Source of the DNA: Lama glama
Lineage: Eukaryota
Length of the DNA stretch: 63,713 nt
NCBI GenBank assembly: GCA_028534125.1
Contig: CM052817.1
Span: 6,388,288-6,452,000 of the forward strand
Reading direction: 5' to 3'
Positions 1 to 12,875 of this stretch are shown here, piece after piece; the first letter of the stretch is position 1, and each line of letters opens with the position of its first letter. Both the position numbers and the translations under genes were made by a program. A model generated the notes under the pieces. That model ran no database searches. It had not been told where the DNA came from and saw only the letters and a list, made by a program, of their open reading frames with translations.

Positions 1-564
1 CTGAATGGTCCATGGCTGAGATAGGCCAGGTTGTTTTAACCTGCAGTGCAGTTACACCTGCTACTTCTCCTTGTTTGGAATGTCCTTTCTCTGCCCTTTA
101 CCGGGCTGACCCTTATTCCTTAATGGCCCAGCTCTGAAATAACCTAGATGTTGTCTTTCATGGCCTCTCCCCTTTGAGTCATCAACCATCCCCTCCACTT
201 AGCTCTTTGTGTACTTTGTATGTAACTCTGTCCTTTCGTTGATTGTGCTGTGTCATGACTCTCTGAGGACAACATGAGATTTAGGATCTCAGGGTCCACG
301 CACTGCACCTACCTTGGAACTTAGTCACATGCCTGGCATCAGGCACTCAAAAATTCTGGTGAACTAATTCCCATTGGTCTGAATTTCATTGGTAAACCCT
401 TTCCGTTTCAATTTGGCTAATATTTGTCTTGCACCTGCTGCATGACACAGCTGAAGGAAGACCTACAAGATTAGTTATGAACAGATGGATCTCAGCCTTC
501 CTTGGAACCTTCATCTACAAAGAGACAGCAGGCCAGTACAAGGAATGACAATTGAGATTGTCAA

Positions 565-665
565 CTCAACTGAAAGCTTCCTGAGAGCAGGGACATGTCT
601 CTCTTCTAAACTGCCCTGTGCACATCTTAAACACCTGTTTGCACTCAATATGTAACATTGAACAA
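565..665 (+). mobile_element. L2 LINE 3' end fragment
   Basis: aagcttcctgagagcagggac...gcactcaata...ttgaac resembles the L2 3' terminus. Confidence 0.55.
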
Positions 666-1026
666 ATTATTGGGCTGATTGGATCCATCCCAACTCCTAC
701 AGATTAGGTTAATGCTTTGTAATTATGTCTATTTGCATTTTTAAATCTGGAATCCACTTCGTGTAATGAATCACATCAGAGTCCCTGGCTCTAATTTTAG
801 GAGACAGAATGTTACAGGGCTAGCAGCCATCTGTTTCCTTGAGCAAATCTGCAACTGGAAAGTGTGAATGCAGATTCTTTATGGCATTTATTGCATTTTT
901 ATTATCAATTTTTTTTACTTTATTTACTGAAGGAAATTTAGAAAATAAAATTAGATCCAGAAGAAAATTAACATTACCTGAAGGTAATCTCTGTGAACAT
1001 TTTAATACATTTCCTTTGAGCTTTTA

Positions 1027-1076
1027 TGTGTGTGTGTAAAATGTGTGTATATGTATATATGCGTATATATATATGC
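1027..1076. repeat. (TG)n/(TA)n microsatellite within an old AT-rich L1-like relic
   Basis: tgtgtgtgtgtaaaatgtgtgtatatgtatatatgcgtatatatatatgc. Confidence 0.8.
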
Positions 1077-2108
1077 AAATCTTGAAATATAGGCAAATAC
1101 ATAGTAAATAGTTAATTTATGGTATATTATAACACTTGACAAAATAATATTATCTGTGTTTCCAGAATTTATGGCATGTATGACATATGGTAATTTACCT
1201 AGGTTTGGTGAGTATACATTGATAGCATTCTTCTCACAGAGTTTAGAAGAGTCTACATGTTGCATCCTCTTCAATTTCACTATCAAATGGTTTGTTACAA
1301 TAAAGCAAGAGCTCTACAGAATGATGTCAAATTCAGACTGAGTATTTGTACAGAGGCACAAAAATAATCTCACTCATTTTTCTGTGGTTCAGGGAACTCC
1401 TCCTCCTACTCTCACTCCCCCAGAGCAGTCAGACTGACGCTTAGCATGGAAGGTGGAAACAGACGTTTAACACAGAATCCACTGGACTTGTGACTGGGTA
1501 CGGTGATAACCCTACACGCCCTCCACATTTAGGATCAGTGGGACCCTGGACCTCAAACATTGCTCAGATGGTATTAAGGGACTGGTTTTGCTGTATTGAT
1601 GCAACATTGGTAGATCCCTTGTAATATTCCTAATCACCTTGAATGTTACTCTTTTCATCAATAACATGAATTTCTACCAACATTTATGTTAATTAACACA
1701 TTCTCTGGTGTAAATTTTAACAATATTGTAAGTGTCATGTAACCACTCTGAAGGGAATGATTCTTGAAATGCACACTCTAAATGCTAAGTAGCAGCTTGG
1801 AATTAAATTTTACCCATCATACTATTTATACAGAAGTATTTTAAAATAAATTACCTTGCAGACGTTATAAGCAATTAATAAATATCTTTGAAATATGCAC
1901 ATCTCTATGTAAATAATTATACTTGTTACATAAGAATCTATCTGTAGATTACATATTTGACCATTCAGCCATAAACACAGACATGTTTGAACATAACAAA
2001 TTTATGTTATTAAGTTTCAGTTCCAAAGATTTTTTAAAATTAGTGTTACACAATTTTCACACCTATCTACTATTTCACATCCTGCTTTCTATAATTAGCA
2101 ATCTATCT

Positions 2109-3022
2109 GTTTTCATTGAAGTATAGTCAGTTACAATGTGTCAGTTTCTGGTGTACAGCATAATGTCCCAGTCATGCATATATATACATATATTCATTTT
2201 CTTATTCTTTTTCATTAAAGGTTATTGTAAGATATTGAATATAGTTCCCTTTGTTATGCAGAAGAAATTTTTAATCTATTTTTATACATAGTGGTTAACC
2301 TTTGTAAATCTCAAACTCCCAAATTTATCCCTTCCCACCTCCTTTCCCCCAGTAACCATAAAATTGTTTACCATGTCTGTGAGTCTATTTCTGTTTTGTA
2401 GATGAGTTCATTAATGTCCTCTTTTTTCTTTCTTTCTTTCTTTTTTTTTTAGATTTCACATGTGAGTGATATCATGTGGTATTTTTCTTTCTCTTTCTGG
2501 CTTACTTCACTTAGAATGACGATCTCCAGGTCCATTCATGTTGCTGCAAATGGCATTATTTTATTCATTTTTAATAGCTGAGTAGTATTCCATTGTATAA
2601 ATATACCACAACTTCTTTATGCAGTCATCAGTTGATGGACATTTAGGTTGTTTTCATGTCTTGGCTATTGTATATAGTGCTACCATGAACATAGGGGTGC
2701 ATGTATCTTTTTGAATTAGAGTTTCTAGATATGTGCCCAGAAGTGGGATTGCTGGATCATATGGTAAGTCTATTCCTAGTCTTTTGAGGAATCTCCATAC
2801 TGTTTCCCATAATAGCTGCACCAAGCTACATTCTGGCAAGCAGTGTAGGAGGGCTCCCTTTTCTTCTAATTCTCTCCAGCATTTATCATTTGTGGACTTT
2901 TTAATGATGGCCATTCTGACTGGTGTGAGATGATACCTCATTGTAATTTTGATTTGAATTTCTCTGATAATTAGCAATATTGAATATTCTTTCATGTGCC
3001 TATTGGCCATTCACATGTCTTC
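2109..3022 (-). mobile_element. 5'-truncated LINE-1 (ORF2 C-terminus plus 3' UTR)
   Basis: Minus-strand ORF 2654-3010 reads [32 protein letters not shown]...[11 protein letters not shown]...DTCTPMF, the L1 ORF2p C-terminal cysteine-rich domain; laurasiatherian-type 3' UTR ends at ttgaagtatag. Confidence 0.95.
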
Positions 3023-4129
3023 ACATCTTGAATGTTGTTTCCTTGCCATGAATATTCTTCAACTACAAGATGAAAGTGAAACAAAATGAAGCTATTTCTT
3101 GTGGATTTTCTTTCCTAGATAATGTACAGTCCACTTCTTAAAGTAAAAAAGTGACTATTTATTACATGATCCTTATATGTCAGAAACAGTGTTGGAATTT
3201 TCAAACATCATCTCATTCCATTTTCATAATACGTATCTCAGAGGATTTGTGTAACTTTTCTTAGTTTGTTTTCTAATATTGTTCAAATGTTTTCAAATAT
3301 GTGATACATTCTTATTATACTAAACTGTCTTAAAGAGCTTTTGAAAAATTGATACTTAAGAAACAAATACCAAATATCCATTCTAGGCAGCACATGGGGC
3401 CATTTTTAAATGCTAACTTATTCAATATTTATTCTCTCCTATAGCTGAGGGCTTCTCAAACCTTCTTTACCACTGTGCTGTCCTTTGATCCTTTAATCAG
3501 ACACCTGAGGTGGTCTCATGGAATCAAAGAATCTTAGAGCTTTGGGGTCAGCTGGCCAAGTGTTCACCTAGTGCCCGACCATCTCTAGGACCAGGGACCT
3601 CCCTGCCTGCTGAGACAGCCAACTCCCCTGCTGGCTTGGCTCTGACTGCCAAAGCCCTGCGTCATAGTTAGGAAAGGAGGTGATAGTAATGTCAGAAGAT
3701 TGACACACTCTGGCTATCAGAGTGGCTTTTTCTTGCTGAAATCCAAAGGTTGGGCTTTCAACCACAAGATTTGGGTTTTAACTTTGTTGTACTCCAAGCT
3801 GACCGAACACTGTCCCTTCTTAGAGTAACGCCTTCCCCTGATCAGATGGAGCCCACTCCAATGTTGAGGTTAGAATGCTGGCTTTGAAATGACACACTTG
3901 TTTTGTGTCCCACCTACCATTAACTAGGAGTTGACAATTCAATTTTCCCTCTATTAGTCCTCTATGAATACTTGTTAATTTCTAGGTTCTGTAATCATTT
4001 TCAAAGATCACTTAGCAGGTAAAAGAATCTGAGTTAAGGAAAGGAATGAACTTCAGAAATAAGATGATGAATCCTCACTTCCTCCATTTTCCATAGGAAA
4101 GAACATCTAAATTACCTTAAAAGTCCTTC

Positions 4130-4616
4130 TCAGCCATAAAAAAAAATGTCATTTGCAGCAATACAGATGGACCTGGAGATCATTATTCTAAGTGAAGTAA
4201 GACAGAAAGAGAAAAAAATACCATATGAAATCACTCATATTTGGAATCTAAGAAAGAAAAGAAAAGAAAAGAAAAAAGAAAAGAAGACACTAATGAATTT
4301 ATCTACAAAACATCAATAGACTTACAGACATAATAAACAATCTTATGGTCACTGTTGGGAAAGGGGGTGGGAAGGGATAAAATGGGAGTTTGAGATTTGC
4401 AGAGACTAACTACTATATATAAATTAGAGAAACAAGTTTCTACTGTATAGCACAGGGAACTATATTCACTATCTTGTAGTAACTATAATGAGACAGAATA
4501 TGAAAACAAACGTATGTATGTATGTGTATGACTGAAGCATTGTGCTGTGCACCAGAGATTGATGTAACATTGTAAAGTGAATATACTTCAATTAAAAGAA
4601 ACAAAACAACAAAACA
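4130..4616 (+). mobile_element. LINE-1 3' end fragment with A-rich tail
   Basis: cagccataaaaa...atttgcagcaa...atggacctggagatcattattctaagtgaagtaag, then 3' UTR ending tatacttcaattaaaagaaacaaaacaac; same 3' UTR type as the element at 2109-3022. Confidence 0.93.
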
Positions 4617-4617
4617 T

Positions 4618-5066
4618 TGTATTAGTTTTCTAGGTCTGTCATAACAAATTATCAAACTTGGCTTAAAACAATAGAAATTGATTTTCTCACAGTTATGGAA
4701 GCTAGAATCTGAAATCCAGTTGTCTGCAAGACGATGTTCCCTCTGAAGACTTAGGGGAGACTCCTTCCTTGCCTGTTCCAGCTTCTTATGGCTCCTGGTA
4801 TTCCTTGCTTCCTAACAGCACAAACACACTCTCTGCCCCCATCTTCCCATGACCTTCTTCCCCGTATCTTTTTCTCTGTTATCTCCTTTTGTGACTTTGT
4901 AAGGACACCTGTCATCAGATTTAGGGCCCAGCCTAATCCAGGATGATTTCATCTCAATATCCTTATCTTATTTACATCTGCAAACACCCTTATTGCAAAC
5001 AAGATCATGTTCCCTGGGTCTAGATGGACTTACCAGTGGGGAGCTACTGTTCAACTCATTATACCA
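4618..5066 (-). mobile_element. MaLR solo LTR (MLT1B/C/D-like)
   Basis: tgtattagttttctagg...ataacaaatta...ggcttaaaacaatagaaattgattttctcacagtt...gatttagggccca...aatccaggatgat...acatctgcaaacaccctatt, the hallmark MLT1 antisense blocks. Confidence 0.88.
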
Positions 5067-5284
5067 TGGATTCCAAATCTCTGCCTTCTGGAAAGGGCTT
5101 ACCAAACTCTGCCAAGTTCAAGCATTTGTGTATAGAAAAGGGAGCAAAGACATGGAACAAACTATCACCACTATAAATAAAAGTATGCTGTTATTTTTCA
5201 TTAAATCGCAGTGGCCTTCCAGCTCTTTTCTCCCTCTGAACAATGCTTCGAATCCAGAGAGACCTGCGTTTAACTGGCTTCTCT

Positions 5285-5450
5285 GTTCCTTAACTTGATG
5301 TGAGAGTTTGGGCAAGTGACTTAACTTCAGTGGGATTCAGATACCTCGTATATAGAATAGGAATATTGAAGCTGACAAACAGGGTTGTTGTGAAGATTAA
5401 ATGACACCATGTGCATAAAATTCCAAGCTTCCTGGCAGACACATCACAAA
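5285..5450 (+). mobile_element. MIR SINE
   Basis: MIR core ttgggcaagtgacttaacttc...cagggttgttgtgaagattaaatga. Confidence 0.8.
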
Positions 5451-6089
5451 ACACAGGGATGTTTTCACCCCCTACCTTTTCTGACTCACATTTCCAGTCT
5501 GAATTTCTACCACAGACCACATACAGAAAATCACATTCACTGAGTTTAGATTTAAATTTTATTATCAATGGCCATTTATTTCCTCTTTTCCAAAGTTCTT
5601 GTGAGGAAGCAAACTCTTGTGCCCATGTCCCACCAAAAAATGTGAGCCTAATTCTGTTGTGCTGAGTTTCCTTTCATTCCTCCAAGGCCATTCTCTTAGC
5701 TTGTCTGGAATTTGTTTAATCACTCTTTCATGTAACAGCTCCATACACCAGGGTATCAGTTCATTCTGTGTGTCTCAGACCCCACTGTGTATCTGAAATG
5801 TGGTGGAGCCTTGTGCATGTTCACTGCCGGCTTATAATTTCAAATGGCTAAAAGGTGTCCATCCCTCAGGTCCATGTCCTCTTTTTCACTCGAGATTGGA
5901 ATCTTGTATTTCCTCCAATGTGTTTTAACCCCAGACAACCCTCTTCCTTCACCTTGCACGTGCCACCTGCCCCTCTACCTCTTGCATCCACCTGGCAGGG
6001 CAAAGCCCAGAACCATCATTGCACTGGGCTGGGAACTGGTGCAGCCCTGCCTTTGTCCTGAGTGTCCTCCAGAGATGCTCTAACTCCCA

Positions 6090-6481
6090 GGGCAGCCATA
6101 CCCTCAGGCTTGGGGCTGTGTTTGGTGTTGTTAGAGGAGAGGAGAGAGCGGCAATGGTAAGGCACTGAAACCATGAAGAAAGTGATGTTGGAGGTCTTGC
6201 TTTCCTGACTCCTTTGGGGCTGGGTTGCCCTCTACCAATCCCCAGCTTTTGTCGGGTAGTCCTTTGCATGCATTTCTGTGTTTGGAAGCTGGTATCACTC
6301 CCTTCCCTTGTCCCTTCATACCCATGGGTGGCAACAGTACCCCACTGTTTCCAGCAGCGGAACTGAACTAGCCCATGTTGTCCTCCTTAAATTCTGACCA
6401 CATCTTTATAATGAGACCCTCTCCTCAAGCTTCCCAACTGGAGTATACCATCTCTTTCCTGTCGGGACTCTGGCAAATGCA
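6090..6481 (+). mobile_element. ERVL-class solo LTR (LTR33/LTR41-like)
   Basis: cccttgtcccttcatacccatgggtggcaacagtaccccactgtt...ctctcctcaa...gagtataccatctctttcctgtcgggactctggcaaatgca matches the LTR33-type 3' half; 5' boundary uncertain. Confidence 0.7.
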
Positions 6482-8149
6482 GTAAGTTACATCGCGGGTG
6501 GCACCAGAAAAAAAAAAAAAAAGACCCTCAAAGTGAGATGCTGGGGTGAAGATGCTCAAATATGTAAGGTGCACAAATAGCCTCTTCCTAGTAGGGAAAT
6601 GGAACAGGGGAGTCTGTGTCCTGCAGAGACACTGTGATTATGAAATGACCCCCAGTAAAGGCATGGGGTGCAGAGAAAATGCAGAATGCAGCATTGGCAG
6701 AGCCACGACAACTGGGGCCACAGAGACACGGCTCTGCGGCTCTCCCCTCGCTCCCACCGAAGCTCGCCCTGCTGGACTTTTCACTTAAGAATCAGAATCA
6801 AACACTTACCTGCTTTCTTTATTGGGGTTTCTTTTATTTGCTCCTCAACCCCATCACATACACACACATGCACAGACATATTTCGGTGACACTGTGAGAG
6901 ATCAGAGGAGTGGAAGAGGGGAAGGAAATAAGGAGGGAAAAAAAAAGATGTGAGAGATTTTATAAGACTTGTCCAAGCTCCCAGAGCCGCTAAGTGGGAA
7001 AACCTAAACCCAGACACCTAAGCACGTCCGCAGTACATTTCCACTCTCCACCCCTGCCCCTTCCAGTGCATGTAGTTTACCCCTGTGGAAACTACCGATT
7101 CAGTCTCAACTGAAAACTTGCTTAGGGTTCTTAAATTCTTAAACGGGTAGTGGTAGTACAGAGATCAGCATCCCAGACTGGTCTCTCCCATTTGCAACGT
7201 TCAAAGGACAGCTCGCTTGCTGTGATGTCTCTGTGTGGGTAGCATCTTCCCCAGTGTAGGACGTCAAACACTTAATCTCTGAGTGCTGCTCTGGATCTCC
7301 GGCTCTCTCTGTAAATACCCTCGTTACCTTTGAAGGAGCACAGCAAGTACTTAAGATCCTTTGATGAAAGGCCCTTTAATTGAATCCTTTGAATAATGAG
7401 TCGTTATTACCCTTTCATGAGGAGCATCCTGGCAGTATCCCGTAATGGGAATTGACAAGATCTGAGAAGAGTCTAAAGTCAGGTCTTCTAAACCATCACT
7501 GCTCATAATTAGCATAGATACGATCATTAACAAGCCCCATGTCTCCTATCAGGAAGAGGAGCACATGGTGGATTCTCTCAGGAAATCGTGTCCGTGGGTC
7601 ACGCAGAGAAACCCGGAGCCAGTCAGGAGGCAGACGTTGTGATCCAGAAGGCACTCCCTGAGGAGTCAGGGGACCCTCACTCAAATCTCAGGGCCGCCTG
7701 TGGTCTTGGGAAAGCCTTGTGGCTTCTGTGTCCCAGATCCTTCATCTGTAAAAGGGGAGTAAGCTATATTTTGACAACCACATGAAGAGCATCCTCAATT
7801 TGAAAAATACCATGTGGTTGCAAGCTGTCTTCATCAGCATCATCCTTGTTGCTGATAGTTAAACGTAGCAACAGAGGTCTGGTTTCTGCTTATCCTTTAT
7901 TAATTATTTGGTTTTGACATTTGCATTTATTATATAGTCAAACTCCAAAGATCTTAGACATTGCAATTCAGTCAAAAAAAACAGCAATTCACCATGATTT
8001 TCTCTTCTTTCCTCTCTCTCTCTCCTCTGCCCACTTTTAAAACTTTTTCTTATTTTTCTTCCATTTTTCTTTCCTTCCTTCATGATCCTCAATTCTCCCA
8101 CAAGAGAGGTCAAAATAATTTCTCTATCTTTTCACCAATATCAAACATG

Positions 8150-8610
8150 GTTTCAGTAGCTTTTGCTACAAGGATCCTGTGTAACACACCAGACTGAACT
8201 TAGTGGCATACTTGACAACGTAAAATCAGTTTCTCACTCACATGTCTGTGTGTTGGCTGGAGTTTGACCCATCTAGTCTGGGCTGAGTTCAGCTGGACTC
8301 CAAGATATGAGTCAGGTTTAGATCTGCTCCAGCATCTCTCAACCTCTTGGCTGTTTGAACCAGCAGATACTCAAGGCGTGCTCTTCTCATAATGAAAGCA
8401 GTTGTACAAGTGGGTAGTCCCTACTGTATGAACACATGCTATGCCATTGCTCAAATACCATCCATGGACATCTCATTGATTAAATCAAGTCATGTGGCCA
8501 AGCCCCAAGTCAAGGGGTGAGGAAGTATAACTAACCCCCCCAATCACACGGCAAACCTAAAATCAATGGAGTAAAAAGGGATGAAGTATTTGCTGTACAA
8601 TCATCTACTG
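8150..8610 (-). mobile_element. Old MaLR LTR (MLT1H/I/J-like)
   Basis: gtaaca...cttagtggc...tttctcactcacatgtctgtg...ttggctgg...aagtcatgtggccaagccccaagtcaaggggtgaggaagtata. Confidence 0.7.
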
Positions 8611-9032
8611 CATCACAGATAATACCATTTAAGACCCTTTGCCAAACTGATGCAATACATTTCACCTGCATTTCTTTCATGCCTTCCAAAAAATACTTTA
8701 TAAAAGAGTTTTCAAACTTCTTTTGCCTTTCTACCTTTGTGAATAACTCTTTCATGTGGTTTCTGTGGGGGCATTTCTCATAATGAGTCGCTAGAGAATT
8801 TTGTAAACTGGGGATATTCATCTTTTCATGTATCAAGGAAAACTACTGTAGGTTATCCTCTGCTTCTCATTCTCACTTTGGTCGGCAAATTTAAATTTCT
8901 TTCTATGTTCAAGTCTATGAAATTTTATGTTTATGATTTCTGCCTTAGATATCATACTTAGGAGGCCTTCCCTGTCACAAGGTGATAAGCCTATGTTTTT
9001 CTTCTGGTTCTATTTTGTGTTCACACTTTTAA

Positions 9033-9146
9033 TACATACACACACACACACTCTCTCTCATCTCTCTCTATAACATACCTATATACATATATACACATGC
9101 ACATATATCTCGCTATATATAGACACAGATTTATATACATATATAT
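9033..9146. repeat. Compound (CA)n/(TC)n/(TA)n microsatellite
   Basis: Directly visible dinucleotide runs. Confidence 0.85.
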
Positions 9147-10275
9147 TCCTCCTCTAGTACAGTTTTGAGAAAATTGTTCTTTCATATTCCTAAATAAATA
9201 ACCTATTTTATGTTTATGATGAGCCGTAAAAGAGGACTTAACCAAAGGGGTGAGTACTCTGAGCGGGGGGCAGTGTGTGGGTGGTTAAGGGAATTAGGCC
9301 ACCCAGGGCACAGGCACCACATGAGCGGGGCAGGCCTGCTGCAGAGCATGTGCAGGTGGGGCTTTACATGCTCACAACCCCCAGAGCACAGGCTTGGTGT
9401 GCAGCAGTGGTGATAGGTCAGGGGCTGAATCACAGTGGACTCAAGGTCACAGTGAAGACTCCAGCAGTTACTTCATGGACGATGGGCAGTGTCCTCTGCT
9501 CCATGTTTTTATTAGTCACTTCGGACTCCAAGAGGCCCTGCAGCAGGGAGCAGGGTAGATAGCCAGCCCCAGAAACACACAGTCTATTCTTAGCATCCAG
9601 CTTCTCTCTCTGCTAGAAGAGAAAGAAAGTGCCCTCTGTTCCTGCTGGACCACTCACCAGACTAAAGGCTTGACTCGGAGGAAGGGAGGACTGCTGGGGT
9701 TTGGGGCAGGGGAAGCAATCCATTTGCTCCAGGAGAGGAGGTCCATCCCCATGGCAGCCAATGAAATCTGCATATCATCTTGACTGTCTGAGATCAAAAG
9801 GCTCACATCAAAAGGTAGCAGAAAACTCTTGTTAAAATAGCCTTGTCCTGTTGCTTCCAAGGTGTTAGATTGAATTCAATCAAAGTGCAACATTCACGGG
9901 GAGCCCCTGAAGAGACATTCACATCAGGACGAGCAGTTCCTGAAGAGGCCAACGATTCCATTCAGGAAGTTTTAATTCAAGACTGGTCTAGGCTGTCAAT
10001 AGGCTGAGAGCTCTGGGGCTGCAGGGAAACAAAAAAAGTTTCTCAACCCCAAGCAGTTCACGGTCTAATTGACAATCAGGAATATATCGCAATCACAATG
10101 CAGCTTGTGCTAAAGGACAAATTTAAGAAAACTGCTACAGGATTATTAGAAAGAAAGAGAGAGACAGGGAGAGAAATTGAATTGGATCAAGTAATCAGGG
10201 CAGCCATCCTTGAGGCAGTGGGATTTAGGCAGGCCTAGATTTTTTCTCAGGGTGAAATATTAATAGTAACACAGC

Positions 10276-11300
10276 CAGGGTCAGCTACATAATTTGCAAG
10301 GCCAGAGCAAAAAAAAAAAAAAAAAATGAGTCTCTTGTTCCAAAGGCAGAAGGAGTTCCACTAAAAAACAAAAATTAAAGCTTTTTTGTTCCCCTTAGTG
10401 GTGTCTCTCTTAACTTGTCATGATTTTTTATTTGCATTTAATGCAATCTCAGTAAATACAAATTGAAGTTTTAAGTTATTAACACAGAATTTCCCATTCG
10501 TCTTTACGTGGTGCAGTATCAGTCTTAAATGTAAGTCTAAGAACATTATCTCATAATCAGAATTGCCAAAACTGCACAGTTCATGTTTTATAATTCCTAT
10601 GCACATATGCATTTTGTTCTTACCATGATGGTGGAAGTAATGCACAAAGCGAGCTCCACTGTTTTCCTTTCACTTCTTTATAAGCACATACTCAACCAAC
10701 ACGCCCTGCCTTTGTTTTACTGATGAATAAGGAAGGACCAAAAGGAACAAGACTGTGGGATGTTCCATCTTTCTCTTTTCTTCTATGTCATCATTTTCAG
10801 GGTAAGTGGTTGGCTAATACACGGTAGTAACAGGAGCAGGAGAGAAGATTGAGTGACTCCTTGGCCTTTGTGTGTTTCTTTGAGTGACATTGCCTTATTT
10901 CTGTGTTTGAAGCAAGTTCCAGTTCAAAGAGAAAACACAGCCTTCCTGAGCTGTTAGCACATTTACTTCATCAAAGACATAACACACTTAGCTTGTATTG
11001 GCTTTGAATCTCCTTGAACGTTCATGCAACATGAATCTGCTAGAACTCTGTGCTCACAGAGATTGGCAGTGCCATGTGCACTAGAGTGAAGAGGAATGGT
11101 GGACGGACGCATTGTGCTCATCTCCTCAACTTATGGGCAAGCTCTATCATGCTGTGGGACTTCACGTACAAAAAACAAGCTCAAAGATAAAATTATAAAG
11201 AATTTCAAGAAAGTGATAATGGAACATTAAATGGAGTAAGATGCTCTTCTGAGAACCAGGCTCTGTGTGATTCCCCAGGTCGTATCTAAAGCTGACTCTA
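10276..11300 (-). mobile_element. MER45B-like non-autonomous hAT (Tip100) DNA transposon, near full length (~1 kb)
   Basis: Left end cagggtcagctacataatttgcaaggccagagcaaaa...cttgttc and right end ataaagaatttcaaga...cattaaa...cttctgag...ctgtgtgatt...caggtcg...aagctgactct match both MER45 termini in reverse; spacing fits the long B form. Confidence 0.82.
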
Positions 11301-11301
11301 A

Positions 11302-11530
11302 TAACAGCTGTTATTTGTGATCAAGCACTTAGACTTGATACTGTGATAAGTACTCTCTCTATATTACTTAATTTAGTTTTCACAGTAGCCTTTTAAGTAT
11401 CCCCATTATATGGATGATAGGACTGAGGTTTAAGAGATTAAAGTATTTGGACCAAGATCCTACAGCTGGCAAATACGGGCACTAGACTCAAACACCTGCT
11501 ATCTGACCCCACAGATTCCAAGCCCTGGAC
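11302..11530 (-). mobile_element. MIR SINE
   Basis: tatccccattatatggatgataggactgaggtttaagagattaaagtatttggaccaagatcctacagct. Confidence 0.8.
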
Positions 11531-11974
11531 CTCTGCTGTCTCTTTGTGGGGGTGAAAGGGGCAGCCAAAGGGCTTTCCAGACAAAGCGGGGAGAATGTGG
11601 GCTTGGAGAATGTGTATCCTCCTGAATTAACCAATAATAAAGGAATTCATACATTTCTCATTTAATCAGCACCTTCTAGGGTATTTGCTTTACACCAGCA
11701 TTTGAGCAATTTCTTGGGGGTAGAGTAGAACATTTTTTTTCTTTCTAGCAAATCTTCCTTTGGAAGTAATTCTATTCCCACTCTGAGAGAATCCCATTAA
11801 TTCTGTGATGTTCAGAAGCAACAACGCTTGGCATGTAAGATTACTGGGAGAATGAAAGGAGGGAAGCCATGAAAAGGTCTTAAAGCAATTCTTAGCACAA
11901 AGCACTGTATAGATAGCAGGCAATGCTTTTTTTTTTCTTTAAATTACCATTTCAAGAAAAATAAGTTACCCAAG

Positions 11975-12352
11975 ACAAGCCGATCAAAGTCCTCCTTGGA
12001 AATTTAGCTGAAACTCTTCGTAAAAATGATTCCTCTTTCTCTGGAATCGTAAGCTATAAAAATCAAGGAAGCCTACAGCTTCTGGGGGCCAACTTGATTC
12101 TCTATAGAGAGAGTTTGTTTAAGAACGAGGCCAAGCAGCGAGAAGAAGGTGACCTGAAAATGGAGAGAGAGGGAGGGAGAGAAAGAGAGAGGGAGACAGA
12201 GAGAGTGAGAGAGAAAAATTGTTACTTGAACTATTATATCTTGCCATATCTAATGCTAACCCCCTCAGATTTCCAGGCACACTTCTTTTCTCCCTTAATT
12301 TAACTTGAGTTGTGCTTTTGCCACTTGTAGCCTATAAAAGAGTTCTGATTAT
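11975..12352 (+). mobile_element. Old MaLR LTR (MLT1K/L-like) containing a (GA)n tract
   Basis: Ends ttttgccacttgtagcc...aaaagagttctgatt; GA-rich tract at 12163-12213. Confidence 0.55.
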
Positions 12353-12751
12353 TTACTTTAGGAACACACTAGGGTCCACACATGCAAAGGTAAATGGAGA
12401 GTTGTGATGATTTGTTCACTCTTTATTCACTATTAAATGAATCAACATATTCAACAAGTCAACTTTTTTTTTCTTTGCTTGCTAATTGCATCCTTGGTAT
12501 ATGGTAGGCGTTATGCATACAACATTCTTAGGGAACTTTGAAACGCTAACAAATGCTGACAAGTTCTACAGTCGGGAGTCAAACATTCTAGATTGTCATG
12601 GATAGGACTGATTCATACCTGCTGTCCTGTAATAATTACTAATAACATTCTTCTTACTCTTGAAAGGGTTTTGGTTTGGAAGACAAGTCATGCAGCCCCA
12701 CAGTATGATGGGATTATACATAAGGTGCAGTGGCAGTTTAGGGAAAAGAAA

Positions 12752-12875
12752 GTGTAAGCATGCAAGTTCCCTACAAGCAGGGGTTTTGTCTGTTCTGTTT
12801 TCTGCTCCACCTTTATGCTGAATGCCTGGCATACAGCCGAGGTTCAATAAACATTTATTGGTTGAATGAGTAAAA
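12752..12875 (+). mobile_element. L2 3' end
   Basis: gcaagttccctacaagcagggg...gcctggcatacag...tcaataaacatttattggttgaatga. Confidence 0.8.
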
